From positions 61,752,001 to 61,816,000 of the forward strand of contig NC_043006.1 of the NCBI RefSeq assembly GCF_006345805.1: a DNA stretch of 64,000 nt. Reading direction: 5' to 3'. Origin of the DNA: Octopus sinensis. Taxonomy: Eukaryota. Below the pieces are notes generated by a model. It was not told the DNA's origin. It ran no database searches and saw only the letters and a list, made by a program, of their open reading frames with translations. The position numbers and the translations under genes were made by a program. Below, one piece after another: positions 62,529 to 64,000 of this stretch (its first letter is position 1; each line of letters starts with the position of its first letter).

Positions 62529-64000
62529 TATGTGCATAATATCGGTTATTAATATATGTCATCGTTTAGACATAGCTCAAACGCTAATCAGACATATGTA
62601 GGATCAATCCCTGATCACCCCATATTCTTTTAGATATGGTGCCTGTAGATATATACTAATTTAATTCAACATATAATGTAGGAACACTTTGGGGTGCCTT
62701 TTCAAACATTTCAAGCAACTAAGCAAATGACACCTTAGTGGCTGTTTTCCCTCAATATATCAATCACTGTAAGTCAAATGGGAGAGCGAACATGCAACAG
62801 CGACAGTTGCTTAATAACAATAAAGAACAATGATGTACGTTTTACTGCAATAATATATGTAGTTGCATCATATACTTATTTTGTACATACTGCAATATGT
62901 TTGTATTCTAAATAGGTTGCTCATAGATATTGATAATTTCGTTTCTTGGCCAATCATATTTAGTGACATAATTCATATAATATAGATACATAAATATGTA
63001 TTTTTGAACAAAATTCCCTTCCAAATATGACTTCTGCAATGATGTACATATGTTTTCTTCGATTCTATGAACCTTCCAATCTTATTAAAATTTTTACTAC
63101 GACGATAAATATGTATGTATAGCATAAAATGTTTCAATGCATTCTAATTTGCTTTTTAGTTATTATTAGGTTTCATTCATGCATTAGCTTTGATAAGTGT
63201 AAAGCTATAGATTTTTGCCCAAAGTGGATAAAATTAATGATTTTTTTTTAATGGCGAGGATATTTAGTCTGGAGAGAATATTAAACTTTAAAACATTAAT
63301 TTCTAATACTTGCAAAGTATACATATATATTTCAAAGTATTATCTTCTATATTTTAAGAGGCTATATTGCAAATTTTCGATTTACGGATTTATGAAATAT
63401 GTTTCTTATTTGTATATAAAAAGGATCTATATGAAACATTAATATTGATGCCAGGAATTGGTACTTCATTTGAAATATATACTACGAATATTTAAGATAT
63501 GGCCATTTTTTGAGCAGCATAAATATTGAGCGAATCTCAAAATACATCAATACTAACTGAACTTCTCAACAAATAGCATATCCTTGACCGCTTAAATTGT
63601 ATACGTTAGGATATAAATTAATATGCGCTTCTATTCATATAAAGTATGTATATTTATGAATGCAGAAAATAGTCGTAAATAATCTCTAGTTATCGTAAAA
63701 GTTTATTGGTATATTGACTTAGAATATAATCATCATCTATACTTTCGCTAAAACAGCTTGTAAATAAAAACAAAGTGAAAAAGTGGCTGCATGCTAGCAT
63801 AAAACACATGTGACATAATTGAACTAGGGACATGTTCACCGCTATAGGGACAACCCTCTACAGTCCCTCATATAAATTATGTTAATATTCTTTACATTTT
63901 TGATAATTACTGTAGCCATCCTTATCTTTGTAATTACGATTACTAAAATCATATTTAATATAATTTTTATTAGTATTATTGTAGTTAGCACTATCATAAC

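Overview
AT-rich, repeat-dominated eukaryotic DNA with no intact protein-coding gene that I can support. The microsatellite content ((TA)n, (TAA)n, (CA)n) and the tRNA-derived SINEs look like an invertebrate genome, probably a coleoid cephalopod such as octopus (inference, not verified). Nearly all coding-like sequence is decayed mobile DNA. It includes R4/Dong-type non-LTR retrotransposons with RT, CCHC and restriction-like endonuclease (about 7 pieces, at least 3 families, mostly sitting in trinucleotide microsatellites), CR1/L2-type LINE fragments, about 6 Penelope-like element (PLE) fragments, two Helitron Rep/helicase remnants, two mariner remnants and about 10 SINE pieces. Five minimal hammerhead-ribozyme-like motifs are present, mostly degenerate. 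The most unusual object is at 41,214-42,790: a Ulp1/C48-like cysteine-protease domain in the same reading frame as a Penelope-like protein whose RT core is deleted in frame. All LINE-type fragments lie on the minus strand, and a few plus-strand exon candidates exist, so the window may be intronic in a plus-strand gene. All family assignments come from motif recognition by eye. Boundaries of decayed elements are approximate.
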